DNA of 64,000 nt from Dictyostelium discoideum (Eukaryota). The position numbers were made by a program, and so were the translations under genes. The stretch is from NCBI GenBank assembly GCA_000004695.1, contig CM000152.2:2048001-2112000 (forward strand), read 5' to 3'. Below, piece after piece: positions 39,531 to 52,500 of the stretch (position 1 is its first letter; each line of letters starts with the position of its first letter). The notes below the pieces were generated by a model. That model saw only the letters and a list, made by a program, of their open reading frames with translations, ran no database searches and was not told the origin of the DNA.

Positions 39531-41153
39531 ATGACTATTAAAAATAAAATTAAAGAATTAAATAAAAATAAATTAAATAAATTAGATATTAGTGGATTAA
39601 AGATTAAAGATGGTGTACCAAAAGAATTAACAAAACCTTTATCAGATAATAAAAATGTTGTTTTAAAAATTATTGAATTGGATTTAAGTTTTAATCAAAT
39701 TAAATTCAATCAATTTATGGAAGAATATGGAAATATGTCAAATGAATTTTCAACATTAGAAATATTGAATTTATCTGGTAATCCCGAGAATGGCGGTAAC
39801 GGTTGGAATATGTCAATTATTAAATCACCACAATCAATCCAACGTTGGAATCAATTGTTAGAGTTGAATTTAAGTGGTTGTAAATTGGGTAAACTTTTAA
39901 CAAGTACAAGTTTTCAACATTTAGGAAAATTAAAGAAACTTGTAATTTCAAATACAAATTTAGAAATGATTGATGATCAAGCTTTCTCACCATTGAAATC
40001 AACATTGGAGGAATTGATTCTCGCTGGTAACTCATTACTTAAGAGCATACCAAGTTCGTTGTTAGATTGTAAACAATTGGAGGTATTGGATCTAAGTAGT
40101 TGTGGTTTAAATCAGTTACCAGATTTATTTGGTGCTTGTTTAACTTCAATTTTGGAATTAAATTTGGGTAATAATAAATTACAAGAATTACCAAATTCAA
40201 TTGGTAGAATGAAAAGATTATGCTTTTTAAATCTACAAGATAATCTAATACAAGACCTACCATTATCAATTGGTTATTGTGTTGGTTTAGGTCAATCCTC
40301 ACCTGGTATCAATATCTATGGTAATCCATTAACTAAAAATCAAGAATTAAATTTCCGTAAATCAAGAGGTGCCTCTGAAATTATGGATTATCTTGAAAAA
40401 AGAGTAACATTACATATTGGTCCTGTACCATTAGGTGGTTCAATAGCAACTCCACCTTCACCAATTACAAATAGTCGTCCACCAACTTTTGAAAAAATTA
40501 ATGATATTCGTCCACCAAGATATAGTAATATTGGTTTATCTTCTTCACCAATTTTACCTTCGTCATCATCTTCTTCATCTTCTTCACCATTATCACCATC
40601 ATCATCATCAACTCCACCATCACCACAATATAATTTAAATTCAAATGTAAATACAAATGTAAATAATAATAATAATAATAATAATAATATTTTAAATACA
40701 ACATTATTTGAAATACCTGGACCAAAACCAATTAAAGATCAAATTCAAATAATTTTACGTGTAGATATTAAAACAATAATGAAAAGAATATTTGATGCAG
40801 TTGGTTTAACAAATAATGTTTCACCATTAATTCAACAACAACAATTGGTTACAATTGGTAATACAATTACACCCGCTCAACAAGAACTTGATAAGTTATT
40901 TGCTTGTTTAGGTATTAAAACTGATCATTTCAATTTTAATTCACCAATACCTTCAAATTCTGATGAGAAAATTGTACAAATTAAAAAAATTATAAATTTG
41001 AAATTGGAAAAAATTGCACTCTTTTCAAGATCACTTTTGGAATATATTGATCATCAAAATCAATATCAATCAAATTCTCCAGATTATGATAAAAGAATTT
41101 CATTAATTTTTAATTCTTTAAATCAATTCACTTCAAAATTAAATAAAATTTAA
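39531..41153 (+). CDS. Leucine-rich-repeat protein.
   Basis: This 540-aa single ORF has at least 7 tandem LRRs with an LxxLxLxxNxL pattern (LEILNLSGN, LLELNLSGCKL, LKKLVISNTNL, LEELILAGNSL, LEVLDLSSCGL, ILELNLGNNKL, LCFLNLQDNLI). They are followed by a Ser/Pro-rich linker and a C-terminal alpha-helical region. Confidence 0.8.
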   Translation: MTIKNKIKELNKNKLNKLDISGLKIKDGVPKELTKPLSDNKNVVLKIIELDLSFNQIKFNQFMEEYGNMSNEFSTLEILNLSGNPENGGNGWNMSIIKSPQSIQRWNQLLELNLSGCKLGKLLTSTSFQHLGKLKKLVISNTNLEMIDDQAFSPLKSTLEELILAGNSLLKSIPSSLLDCKQLEVLDLSSCGLNQLPDLFGACLTSILELNLGNNKLQELPNSIGRMKRLCFLNLQDNLIQDLPLSIGYCVGLGQSSPGINIYGNPLTKNQELNFRKSRGASEIMDYLEKRVTLHIGPVPLGGSIATPPSPITNSRPPTFEKINDIRPPRYSNIGLSSSPILPSSSSSSSSSPLSPSSSSTPPSPQYNLNSNVNTNVNNNNNNNNNILNTTLFEIPGPKPIKDQIQIILRVDIKTIMKRIFDAVGLTNNVSPLIQQQQLVTIGNTITPAQQELDKLFACLGIKTDHFNFNSPIPSNSDEKIVQIKKIINLKLEKIALFSRSLLEYIDHQNQYQSNSPDYDKRISLIFNSLNQFTSKLNKI

Positions 41154-41292
41154 TAAAAATAAAAATAAAAATTAATAAAAATAAAATAAAAATAAAAAAA
41201 TAAAAAAAATTAATATATAAATATAAATAATAAATATAAAAATATACAAAAATAAAATAAAAGTTTTTTTAAAATAAATATATTTATTTTTG

Positions 41293-41324
<32 letters not shown>

Positions 41325-41479
41325 AAACACAAATAAAGATTTTTTATTTTTTTTTTTTTATTTTTTTTTTTTATTAAAAAAAAAGTGATTACTTTTCAAA
41401 GAAAAAAATCCAACCAATTATCAAAAAAAAAAAAAAAAAAAAGTGATTTTTTTTTTTTTTTTTTTTTTTGATTGGCTTG

Positions 41480-41512
<33 letters not shown>

Positions 41513-41635
41513 AACTTATTTTCATTATTAAAAAAAAAAAAAAATCAAAAGTTATTCATTTTGATACTTTATTTATTTTTATTTAAATATTAAATATATT
41601 TTAAAAACAAAAAAACAAAAAAAAAAAAAAAAAAC

Positions 41636-42237
41636 ATGATGGCAGAAACATCTTTTGAGGATGCATGGTTTTCAAATAATAAAAGTGGATATTTAGATGA
41701 TGTTAAACAATTAATTCAAAGTAAAAAAGTGCAAATTGATTTATCTGATCATTTAGGAAATACAGCATTACATTATGCATCAAATGCAGGTCACACTGAA
41801 GTTGTTGAAGCATTAGTAAATGCTGGTGCAAATATAAATATTAAAAATAAACATGGTGATACACCACTTCATAAAGTAAGTTTTATTTATTTATTTTTTT
41901 TTTTTACTAAAATAATAATTAAATCATTTTTTTACTAAAATAATTAAATCATTTTTTTTTTTTTTTTTTTTGGAATTATTTTTTTTTTTTCTTTTATTTT
42001 TTTTATTTTTTTTATTTTTAGGCAGCAGGTAGAAATAGATTAGAAACAGTTAAATTTTTAGTAAAATCAAAAGCAAATGTTGAAATTGAAAATGTAGATA
42101 AAGAAAGACCATGTGATATTACAAATAATCAAGATATTAAAAATGAACTTTTACCAGTCGTTGAATATGAAGATGATGATGAAGATGATGTCAAAGAAGA
42201 TTCAGACTATGATAGTGAAGATGAAGGTGATAATTAA
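41636..42237 (+). CDS. Small ankyrin-repeat protein (myotrophin-like) with an acidic tail. Structure is join(41636..41875,42022..42237).
   Basis: Exon 1 is ...LGNTALHYASNAGHTEVVEALVNAGANINIKNKHGDTPLHK, ending at a GTAAGT donor at 41876. Exon 2 follows a TTTTAG acceptor at 42021: AAGRNRLETVKFLVKSKANVEIEN..., then a DE-rich tail and a TAA stop at 42235. The product is 151 aa with 2-3 ANK repeats. Confidence 0.8.
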
Positions 42238-42397
42238 AAAATATATATATATAAAAAAAAAAAAAAAAATACTTCCAACCTTCTTTTGTAGAATATAATA
42301 TAATATAATAAATAACAATAAAAAAAAAAAAATAAAAAATAAAAAACAACCTTAAAATGTAAATTTAAATATTTAAACTTTCTATTTATTTTTTTAA

Positions 42398-42429
<32 letters not shown>

Positions 42430-42461
42430 TTATTATTATTCTTTTTTTTAAATCATTATTA

Positions 42462-42837
42462 TTATTCTTCAGATTTTAATGTTAAATGAAAAGGTTTCTT
42501 CTCTCCATAATTTAAATCAATATTACTACAAACTCTACAATTATTATTATTTTCATTATTATCATTATTATTATTTTCATTATTATTATTTTGATTACCA
42601 AAATATTTAAAATTATTATCATTATTTATATTTTCATAAGAATCAACATTTAAATTTAACCAATAATTTCTATTATTTTTATACCAAATAAAAGTTTTTT
42701 CAATTCCTTCTTCCCATGATATTGATTTTTTCCAACCTAAATTTGATAACTTTGAATAATTTATATTATATCTATGATCATTAAATGGTCTATCATCAAT
42801 ATAATTTATAAATTTCTTATAATCCATTATATTAAAA

Positions 42838-42920
<83 letters not shown>

Positions 42921-44082
42921 TAAATTTATTGATATATTAATTATTTTTTTTGCGACATCTAAATTTGAAATTTCAAAATCGGTACCAATATTATAAACAT
43001 TCCCAATTTCACCTTTTCTTAAAATGATATCAAATGCACTAACGATATCATCAATATATAAATAATTTCTTGTATTTTTACCTGTACCATGTATTGTACT
43101 AAAAAATTAATAATTAATAATTAATAATTATATATATATAAAATAAAATAATATAAATTTATATTATTTTAAATGATTTAAATTACCATTTTTTATTATT
43201 TAACAATAAATTTATAAATTTTGGAATAATTTTTTCAGGATATTGCTTTGGACCATAAATATTATTAGCTCTAGTTATTATAACAGGTAATTTAAATGAT
43301 TTATAATATGATTGAACTAAATGTTCTGCACCTGCTTTACTTGCTGAATATGGATTAGTTGGATTTAATATTGATTTTTCATTTGATGATTGATTAATAC
43401 TATTATTATTATCATCGTTATCTTCAATTAAACCACTTCCATAAACTTCATCAGTACTAACATAAATAAATTTCTTTAATTTATAATTTTTACAAGTTTC
43501 TAATAGATAATGAGTTCCTAATATATTATTCTCTGTAAATTTTATTGATTGTTTAAATGAATTATCAACATGAGTATATGCTGCTAAATGTATAACAATA
43601 TCAATTTTCTCTTTTTCAAATATATTTTCTAATAATTCTGAATCCAATATATTTCCCTATAATTTTTTTTTTTAAAAAAAAAAAAAAAAAAATTAAAAAT
43701 TAAAAATTAAAAAATTATTAAATATTTAATTTATAAATATAAAAAAAAAAAAAATTAAATTAAAAATTGATTATTACTTTATAAAATTTGAAATTTAATT
43801 CTTTTAATACACAACCCAAATTGTTAATATTTGAACAATAATCGAGTTTATCTAAAACAATTATTTTTGAATTTTTAAACTTTTTAGTTAGATAAATTGC
43901 TAAATGTGATCCACTATTTTAATTATAATTGAATGAAGAAAGAAAAAAAAAAAAAAAAAAGGTTAGTTTCAAATATTAAATTAATAAAAAATAAAAATTT
44001 AAAAAATAATCAAATCATACATAAACCCTGCTCCACCTGTTATTAATATTTTTTGAATAAATAGGTCATCTTTATTATTCAT
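42462..44082 (-). CDS. tgds: dTDP-D-glucose 4,6-dehydratase (TGDS/RmlB-type short-chain dehydrogenase). Approximate structure is complement(join(42462..43098,43187..43656,~43778..43913,44021..44082)).
   Basis: The spliced product MNNKDDLFIQKILITGGAGF|IGSHLAIYLTKKFKNSKIIVLDKLDYCSNINNL...FKFYK|GNILDSELLENIFEKEKIDIVIHLAAYTHVDNSF...YVSTDEVYG...NPYSASKAGAEHLVQSYYKSFKLPVIITRANNIYGPKQYPEKIIPKF...NNKK|CTIHGTGKNTRNYLYIDD...YNIGT... aligns colinearly with human TGDS. It includes the GGAGFIG Rossmann motif and the catalytic YxxxK. The product has an internal poly-N insert of about 31 residues. The exon 2/3 junction shows a 1-nt phase discrepancy in my reading. Confidence 0.8.
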
Positions 44083-44677
44083 TTTTTTAAATAATCTTTT
44101 TTATATTATTATATTTTTTTTTTTTTTAAAAATTAAAAGGAAAAAAAAAATAAAAAAAATCCTTTTTTTAAAAAATTAAATATAAACTATAATATTACTT
44201 TACTTTAAAAATTATTAAATTTATTTATTGTATTCTAACCCCTTTTAAAATGTTTCATTTTTTTTTAATTTTTCTTTTTTTAATTTAAAAAAAAAAAATA
44301 TTAAAAAAAAAAAAAAAAATATTAAAAAAAAAAAATAAAAAGCAACAAAAAAAAAAAAAAAAAAATTAATAAAAATAAAAAAAAATAATAAAAAAAAAAA
44401 AAATTGGGTGTTGAGATATAAATAAATATTCAAATTATTCAGAAAAAGGTAAATTTGAAATTGATTTAAAAAAATAAAAAAATAAAGATAAAACGCCTTC
44501 TGGAAATTATTTTTTTTAAAAAATTTATAAATAATATTATTCTAATTTTTATCCTTTGAATTATTATTAATTTTATTTGAAAAATAAAATTAAATTGAAA
44601 TTGGTAAATCTTAAAAAATGATTGGCGAATTTGGATGTTTTGGAAAAAAAAGAAAAAAAAAAAAAATAAAAAATGGC

Positions 44678-44708
<31 letters not shown>

Positions 44709-45379
44709 CATTATCATTTTTAATTCTAATTATTTTTTTTTTTTATTCTTTAAAATCAAGAACTCTTTTTTTTTTTTTTTTTTCTAATTTTTTTTTTTTT
44801 TTTTTTTTTTAAGCAAAAAATTAAAATAGTATATGTTTAGGTAAGGGTTATTAATTATAAAAATAAAAAAAACTTTCGTTTTGGAATGGAATATTCTTCG
44901 AAATTTAAAAAAATCTGATGGATTTGGATTTTAAATTTTATTTTTATTTTTTTATTTTATTTTTTTTCATTTTTTTTAATTTTTATTTTTTTTTTTTTTT
45001 TTTTTCTTCTTTCACTCGTCTTTTCTCTAAAAGAATAATAAAGTAAAAAAAATAAAAAAAATAATATTAATAATAATAATAATAATAATTAATAAAAACA
45101 TAATTATTGTTTGAAAAAAATATTAGTAAAATCATAAAAACTACTAGTTTTGTACAAACATTTTTTGCGTGTATGTACGAAAATTGAATCTAATTTTTTT
45201 TTTTTTTTTTTTTTTTCATAGCACAAAGAAAATTTGTACTTTCGCACGGAAGTAAGCCCAAAATTAATTAATTATCATAAAAAAACTATTAAATTTCATT
45301 TTTTGCCAATTGATTCACTGAATTGATTCAACTTTTCTAAAAATCTATTTTTTTTTTTTTTTTTTTTTTTAAAATTTTT

Positions 45380-45416
<37 letters not shown>

Positions 45417-45691
45417 GCAATTTTTTACAAATCTTCGCACGAAGAACATCGCATATAATTATCTTTCCAATTAATTATACACCATCAACAAAAATTTATT
45501 TTTGTACTTATTTATTATTTTTAAAAACAACAATAATAAGATAATAAATGTTGCATTTATATTAAAAAAATAAATAAAAAATAAAAAATAAAATAAAATA
45601 AATTCAACAAGGTTGGAACATTAAAAATAAAATAAAAAGGTAGAGTACCCAAGCCACTTCAAAAATATTGTAATTTTTTTTTTAAAAAAAA

Positions 45692-45722
<31 letters not shown>

Positions 45723-45787
45723 TAAAAATAAAAATAAAAATAAAAATAATTGATCATTAGAAGAAAAAGAAATGACCAATAATAGAC

Positions 45788-45836
<49 letters not shown>

Positions 45837-45858
45837 AAATAAAAAACTCAAACATACC

Positions 45859-45881
45859 CACACACACACACACACACACAC
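45859..45881. repeat. (CA)11 microsatellite, adjacent to an (AAAAAT)n stretch at about 45700-45760.
   Basis: The sequence is cccacacacacacacacacacacacc. The hexamer repeat aaaataaaaataaaaat lies upstream of it. Confidence 0.95.
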
Positions 45882-46569
45882 CAAACCAGTTATTTTTTTT
45901 TCTTTATTTATTTTTTTTTTTATTTTTTTTTTTTTTTATTTTTTTTTTTTAAAAAATTTCTTTTTTTATTATTTTTTATTATTTTTTTTTTATTTTTTTA
46001 TTTTTTTTTTTTACACACTCTTTTTATATATCTAACACAAATAACAAAAAAAAAAAAAAAAAAGAGTACACCAAAATATTTTTTTCATTTTGTGTAGTAG
46101 AAAATAAAAACAATTACTTATTTACCTTTTTTTTTTTTTATTTTATTTATTTTAATAAAAAATATCTTGAAAAAAGATATTTTTTTTTTTTTTTTCAAAA
46201 AATTTTCTTTTTTCATTTCAGTAGATTTTAATACCTTTACAAAATTAGGTTAGTTTTTTTTTTTTTTTTTTTTATAAATTTTTTTTCCCCAATTTTTATT
46301 TGATCAACTGACTTTTTATTTTTTTATTTTTTTTTTTTATTTTTTATTTTAAAAAAAAAAATCGCAACTGATGATTGACTTTTTTTTTTTTATTTTTTTT
46401 TATTTCTATTTTAAACTTTTACAAAACCATATATATATAACAGCAATAATACAGTTAAATAACAAATAAAAAAAAATCAAAAAAAAAATCAAAATAAAAA
46501 AAAAAAAAAACCAAAAAAAAAAAAAAAAAAAAAAATAATTAACAACTGAAAAAAAAATCAAAAAAAAAA

Positions 46570-49500
46570 ATGAATTCAATTCATAAACAACATTATACAA
46601 TAAATAGTAATCATTATAATGAAAGTATAAATATAAATTCATTATTATTAAATGATTTAAATGATGAAAAAAGGACAACATCAACCAATAATAAAAGTAA
46701 TAATAATAGCAATAATAATAATAATGAAACATTAGAAGATATAATTGAATTTAATAATAATAATTGTAATGGTGATATGAAATATTTAGATTTATCAAAG
46801 AGAATGATTTATTCATTAGAATTAATGATGATACCAGAGATAGAGAATAGATTTCAAGGTGATTTTAAATCAATATCGATATTGAATTTAAATGATAATT
46901 TATTAGGAGAGATACCAGAATCATTGAAACAATTGACACAATTAATATCATTATCGATCCGAGGCAATCATATATTGGAGATACCGTTATGGTTTCCAGA
47001 GGAATTTAAATTACTTAGAAAATTGGATGTATCACATAATGCAATCTCGTCGGTGCCAAATACATTTAATAAATTCTCAATATTGGAGGATTTAAATCTA
47101 TCAAATAATTATATCTCCTATATTCATCCATCGCTATTTCCAGAGGGTATAATGAGATTGAATCTATCGAATAATCTTTTTAGAGAGGTTGAGCTACCAC
47201 CATGGTTCGAGTCATTGTTGACATTGGATATTAGTGGTAATAAATTGAAACATTTGGGTAATTTACCATTTCATTTGGTTAGAGTATCAATAGATGATAA
47301 TCATTTGGAATCGATTGATCATAAGGTGATCCTACGTAATAAGGATTTAGCATTGAAATTTAATCAATCATTTAGTGATATCGTTTTGGAAAGAATTTAT
47401 CAATGTTGGTATACTGGTGATCCAGTATTGGATTTATCAGGATTAGGTATGTGTGTTGTACCACCGATCCTAGGTATGTTGGTACATTTAACTCATTTGG
47501 ATCTATCGGGTAATTGTATTTCAGTGTTACCACCGGAATTGGCAAATTTAACAGAATTGGTTAGATTAGATTTAAGTTTTAATATTTTAACAACATTACC
47601 ACTATACATTGTATCCTATAAGAGATTGGAACATTTGGATCTACAAGGTACCCTTGATACATTGGTATCACCACCACGTCGTATAGCGGAAACTGGTAAA
47701 TTAATTGATATTCAACGTTATTTTCATGATTTATTTCAGGGTGAACCATCTTATCGTGTTAAACTTATGATTGTCGGTCAAGAGAATGTTGGTAAAACAA
47801 GTTTAGTTAAATGTTTAAAAATGAAAAAGAAATTCTCTAAAAATTCTGATCATTTAGGTACAAATGTTTCAACCGATGGTATTGATATCGATGAAATTAA
47901 ATTTAATTTAGATATTGAATTACCTTCAAATCCAAGTTCAAATTCTTTAATTTCAAATTCATTATCAAATAGTTCAATCTCTTCTAATAATATTAATTCA
48001 AATAATAATATAAATGTTCATTCAAATGGAGGAGGTATTAATTCAAATGGTGTAAATTCAAATAGTCAAATAAATATAAATAGTAGTAGTGGTAATATTC
48101 ATTCAAATGGTGGTGGTGTTGGTAATGTTAACTCATCAGGTGGTATACATAGTAATAATTCATCAGGTGGTGGTGGTGGTTCAAATAGTTTTTTAAATAA
48201 TACAAATTCAAATGGTACAAATAATAATAGTAGTAATTTAAATATAAATACAAATAGTAATAATGTAAATTCAAGCGGCGGCGGCAATAATTATCATCCA
48301 CCAGTTGGTACAAATACTTCAATGAGTAATATTCAAGTTATTGGAAGTTCAGGTAGTAATTTAGGTTCAGGTAGTAATTTAAGTATAGGTGGTAGTAATG
48401 GTAATAATAATAATAATAGTGGTGGTAGTGGTACAATGGTAAATCAAAGAGTTACAATGTCAATTTGGGATTGTGCAGGTCAAGAACTTTATTATACAAG
48501 TCATCAAATGTTTTTAACAGATTCAGCATTGTATGTTGTAGTTTGGAATCTTTGTAAACCAGAAGTTAATAGTCGTGTTGAATTTTGGTTACATTCAATT
48601 CGTTCAAAAGCAGAGAATGCACCAATACTTTTAATTGGTACTCATTTAGATGATTATTTAGCAACTCATTCCGAATCAGAGTTGGATGAAATTTTAGAGA
48701 ATATCTATAGTAAATATTTTAGAAAGTTTAGATTAAAGGGTATTTCAATTCTAAGTTGTTCAACTGGTGTTGGATTCGATAATTTCTTGGACCTTTTGAA
48801 AAAGACCGTGGTGGAATTACCATCATTAAAACAATCTCTGCCAGAACTTTATTTAAAACTTGAGAAATTAATCATTAAAAAACGTTCAACATTGGTACCA
48901 CCAGTTTTAACTTGGCAAAGTTTCTCACAAATGGTACTTTCAAATTTGGATTTTCATGATGAAATTCATGTTAAAGTTGCTACTAAAGCATTGGTACCAT
49001 TGGGTTCAATTTCTTTCTTTGATGAACCAGGTCTCGATCAATATGTATTTTTAGATCCACAATGGTTAACAGGTGTTTTCTCTTCAATCATTACAACAAA
49101 ACATAAATTCATTAAAGATGGTGTTTTAAAAAAAAGTGACCTTTATCAAATTTGGAAACCACCTCATTTCATTGAAGATGAAGGTTTACATTCACTTTTA
49201 ATTAATTTATTAGAAAGATTTGAATTAATGTTTCCATTAGATAGTGATTTAGTTTCATTATCTTCAAGTAATGGTAATAATGGTAATAGTTATGTAAATA
49301 ATAATAATAATAATAATAATAATTCAAATAATAATAATAATGGTAGTAATAAATCTTCACCATTTAAAACAACACCATCGTCACCATCAACTTTAAGATT
49401 AGTTGATTCAAAATCAAAAGGTAGTCATAGTTCAAATCCAATTTTAAGTGGTAATAATAGTTCATCAAAAAATTCAACATCAACTAAAAGATCAATTAGT

Positions 49501-52500
49501 GGTTCACCATTACGTTCAAGATCAAATTCTGATCTTGATTTAATTGGTGGTGGTGGTGGTTCACCAATTAATGGTAGTAGTATTGATTATAGTTCAAAAT
49601 CAAATACATTAACACCAGGATTATTTAATGAATTAAATCAAAAATTTATAATTCCATCACAATTACCAGAGATAAGACCATCATTTGGTTTACTTTGGCC
49701 ATCACTTGATCATTCGCGTGTTGAATTTAATCGTTGGATTCAATTATCATTTGCACCAGCTGGTTTATTTAGTAGATTATTAATTCGTTTATTAATTAGT
49801 AAAGAATTTGATATGAAACCAATTCTTTATTGGAGAAATGGTGTAGTTGTTGAATCACAATCTGGTAAATCATTCCTTTCAACCTCTACTGCTTTAATTG
49901 AAATGGTACCAAGTTATGCAAATTGTAGTTCAACTATTAAAATTAGTGTTAGAGGTGATCGTCGTACTGGTAGAGGTTTATCAGCAAAACTTTTAAGATT
50001 AATCGTTGAAATTGCTGATACACTTTGTACAAGTTGGTATCATTTAGAAACAAATCAAGTTATACCATGTCCACATTGTATTAATAAACCAAATTGTACA
50101 TTATTTTCATTGAGTGATTGTGAAGCAGTTGCAAGTAGTGGTGTTTGGTATTTACTTTGTGGTGATAGAAAAATTAATTTCGAAACTTTTGTACCAGATG
50201 TTGCAATGTCTGATTTTTGGGGTAGTGGTAGTAAGAAATTCAATTATGATCAAATTAAAATGCATAAAGAAAAAAGAATTCTATCAATTAAACCTGCATC
50301 ATTTGGTAATAATCAAATTCAATTTGAAGTTAGAGTTCCACCATCACCACCACCACCACCAGTACAACAAATTATTAATAATGGTGCTGATGATAATATA
50401 ACAACAACTACATTGGCAGTTAATAATATTAAAGTTTTAGAAAGTGGTGGATCACAACCACCATCACCAAGAAGTGGTAAAGATGTTACACATGAATTAC
50501 CAATTATTAATCGTTTAGAAATTATTCAACCAACAAGTGATGAATCATCATTAATTCAAGTTGAATTTGATCATAATAATCAAACTTTAGTTATAAGTGG
50601 TACTTATAAATATGGTGATTTATTAGAGATTGAATTTGAATCACCAAAATTAATTGGTAGAGGTGCATCTGGTAAAATTTATCGTGCAAATTTAAATGAT
50701 ACAATGGTTGCAGTTAAACAATTAGAAGTGGTTGGAGAGGATGCACCAAGAATTTTCTCAGAGTTTAGAAGAGAAATTCATGTTATGTCTGATCTTAAAC
50801 ATTCAAACGTTGTAAATTTATTAGGTTTTACATTATCACCATTTACAATGGTAATGGAATATATCGATTGTGGTGATCTTCATAAATTTTTACATTCACC
50901 TATTGGTGATCAACTTAATGGTAATTGGGCTTTAATTTTGAAATTGGCTTTAGATATTGCAAAAGGTATGGAATTTCTTCATTCAGTTACACCACCATTA
51001 CTTCATCGTGATTTAAAGAGTCCAAATGTTTTACTCTCAATGAAAGATGGTGTTTACACTGCAAAAGTTGGTGATTTTGGTTTATCATCAAGAATGTTTA
51101 TTCAAGCTTTGAAACATAAATTACGTAATTTCCCAGTTGGTAATATTACTTGGGTTGCACCAGAAATTTTAAGAGAAGAAGAATATACTGTTAAATCCGA
51201 TGTTTATGCATTTGGTTTAATTTTACATGAACTTTTAACAAGAAAACATCCATATAGAGAATTTAATTATTCAATGGTATCTCTTCAAGAGGATGCAATA
51301 AAGAATGGACTTCGTCCAACTATTTCACCATCTTATACTCAAACTGTTACAGGTCATGAATATTGTGGTTTAATTCAAGATTGTTGGGATAGTGATATTG
51401 ATAGAAGACCAACTTTTAATAAAATTGTTAAAAGAATTAAACAAATTATTGGTCGTGATGTTAATAATATTTTAATGGTAAATGGTGTTTCAGTTGTTAG
51501 TGGTATTCAATCACCAAATTCATTAGCTGATAGTCAACCATTCCATTATCATCAACAACAACAACCAAGTTTAAATTCTACAAATCAATTACAACAACAA
51601 CAATATTCATCAGTTTTAACATCACCAAGATCAAATTTATCAGATTCATCAAATTCATCACAAAATATTGCAAATAAAAGTTTAAATAATATTAGTGCAA
51701 CAAGTTTAGGTGATTTAGGTGGTAATGATGAAAATTTAGGTGGTCAATTACAATATAGTATGCGTGTACCACAACCAGAAGCAAAAGTTAATCAATTAGT
51801 ATGGGAAGTCAATTCACGTCGTGTTTGGGGTGGTTGTGAATCTGGTGAAATTATAGTTTGGAATGCAGAGAATGGTAATCAAATTTTCCGTGAACAAAAA
51901 TTACATCCAGGTCCAATTAGATCATTGGCATTGGTAAATCAAGAAGATATTTGGTCAGCAGGTGGTATTGGTCCACAACAAAGTACAATTAGAATTTGGA
52001 ATGCTTGGCGTTTTAATCTTGATGATCAATCTGGTACAAAATCTGATTTTATCACTAAAAAAGGTAGAGGTGGTTCAACATTTGGTAGAAAATCTTGGAG
52101 ATTACGTTGGTTTGTCCTATCAAGATTTGATAAAACCTTGAAATACTATAGTAAACAAACTGATAAAGAACCAAGTTGTTCACTCATTTTAGAGGGTGCT
52201 TGGTTAGAAGAAATTAGTCCACCAGGTTATAAAGTTAGTCTTCATTTAATTCATCCAGAAAAAAGAACAATGGAAATGGAATTTAAGAGTGAATCTGAAA
52301 AATCATCTTGGCTAACTGCAATCAATCGTGTTATCAATCAAAATATACCACTCTATGAAATTGCACTTGGTAAACAAATGACAAGTGGTAGTGAAAATGA
52401 TTATATCACAAATTTACTATCGGTTGGTCCAAATGTTTGGGTATCACTTAAAGAAACACCATCAATTTTGGTTTATAATGTAAAGAGTAAAGAATTGGTT

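Noticed and set aside
43183-43647. Treating the 154-aa ORF (MDSELLEN...) as an independent gene
   Set aside because: Its 'M' is a TTG. The segment is exon 3 of the dTDP-glucose dehydratase gene; the junctions GF|IGSHLA and NKK|CTIHG are restored by GT-AG introns.
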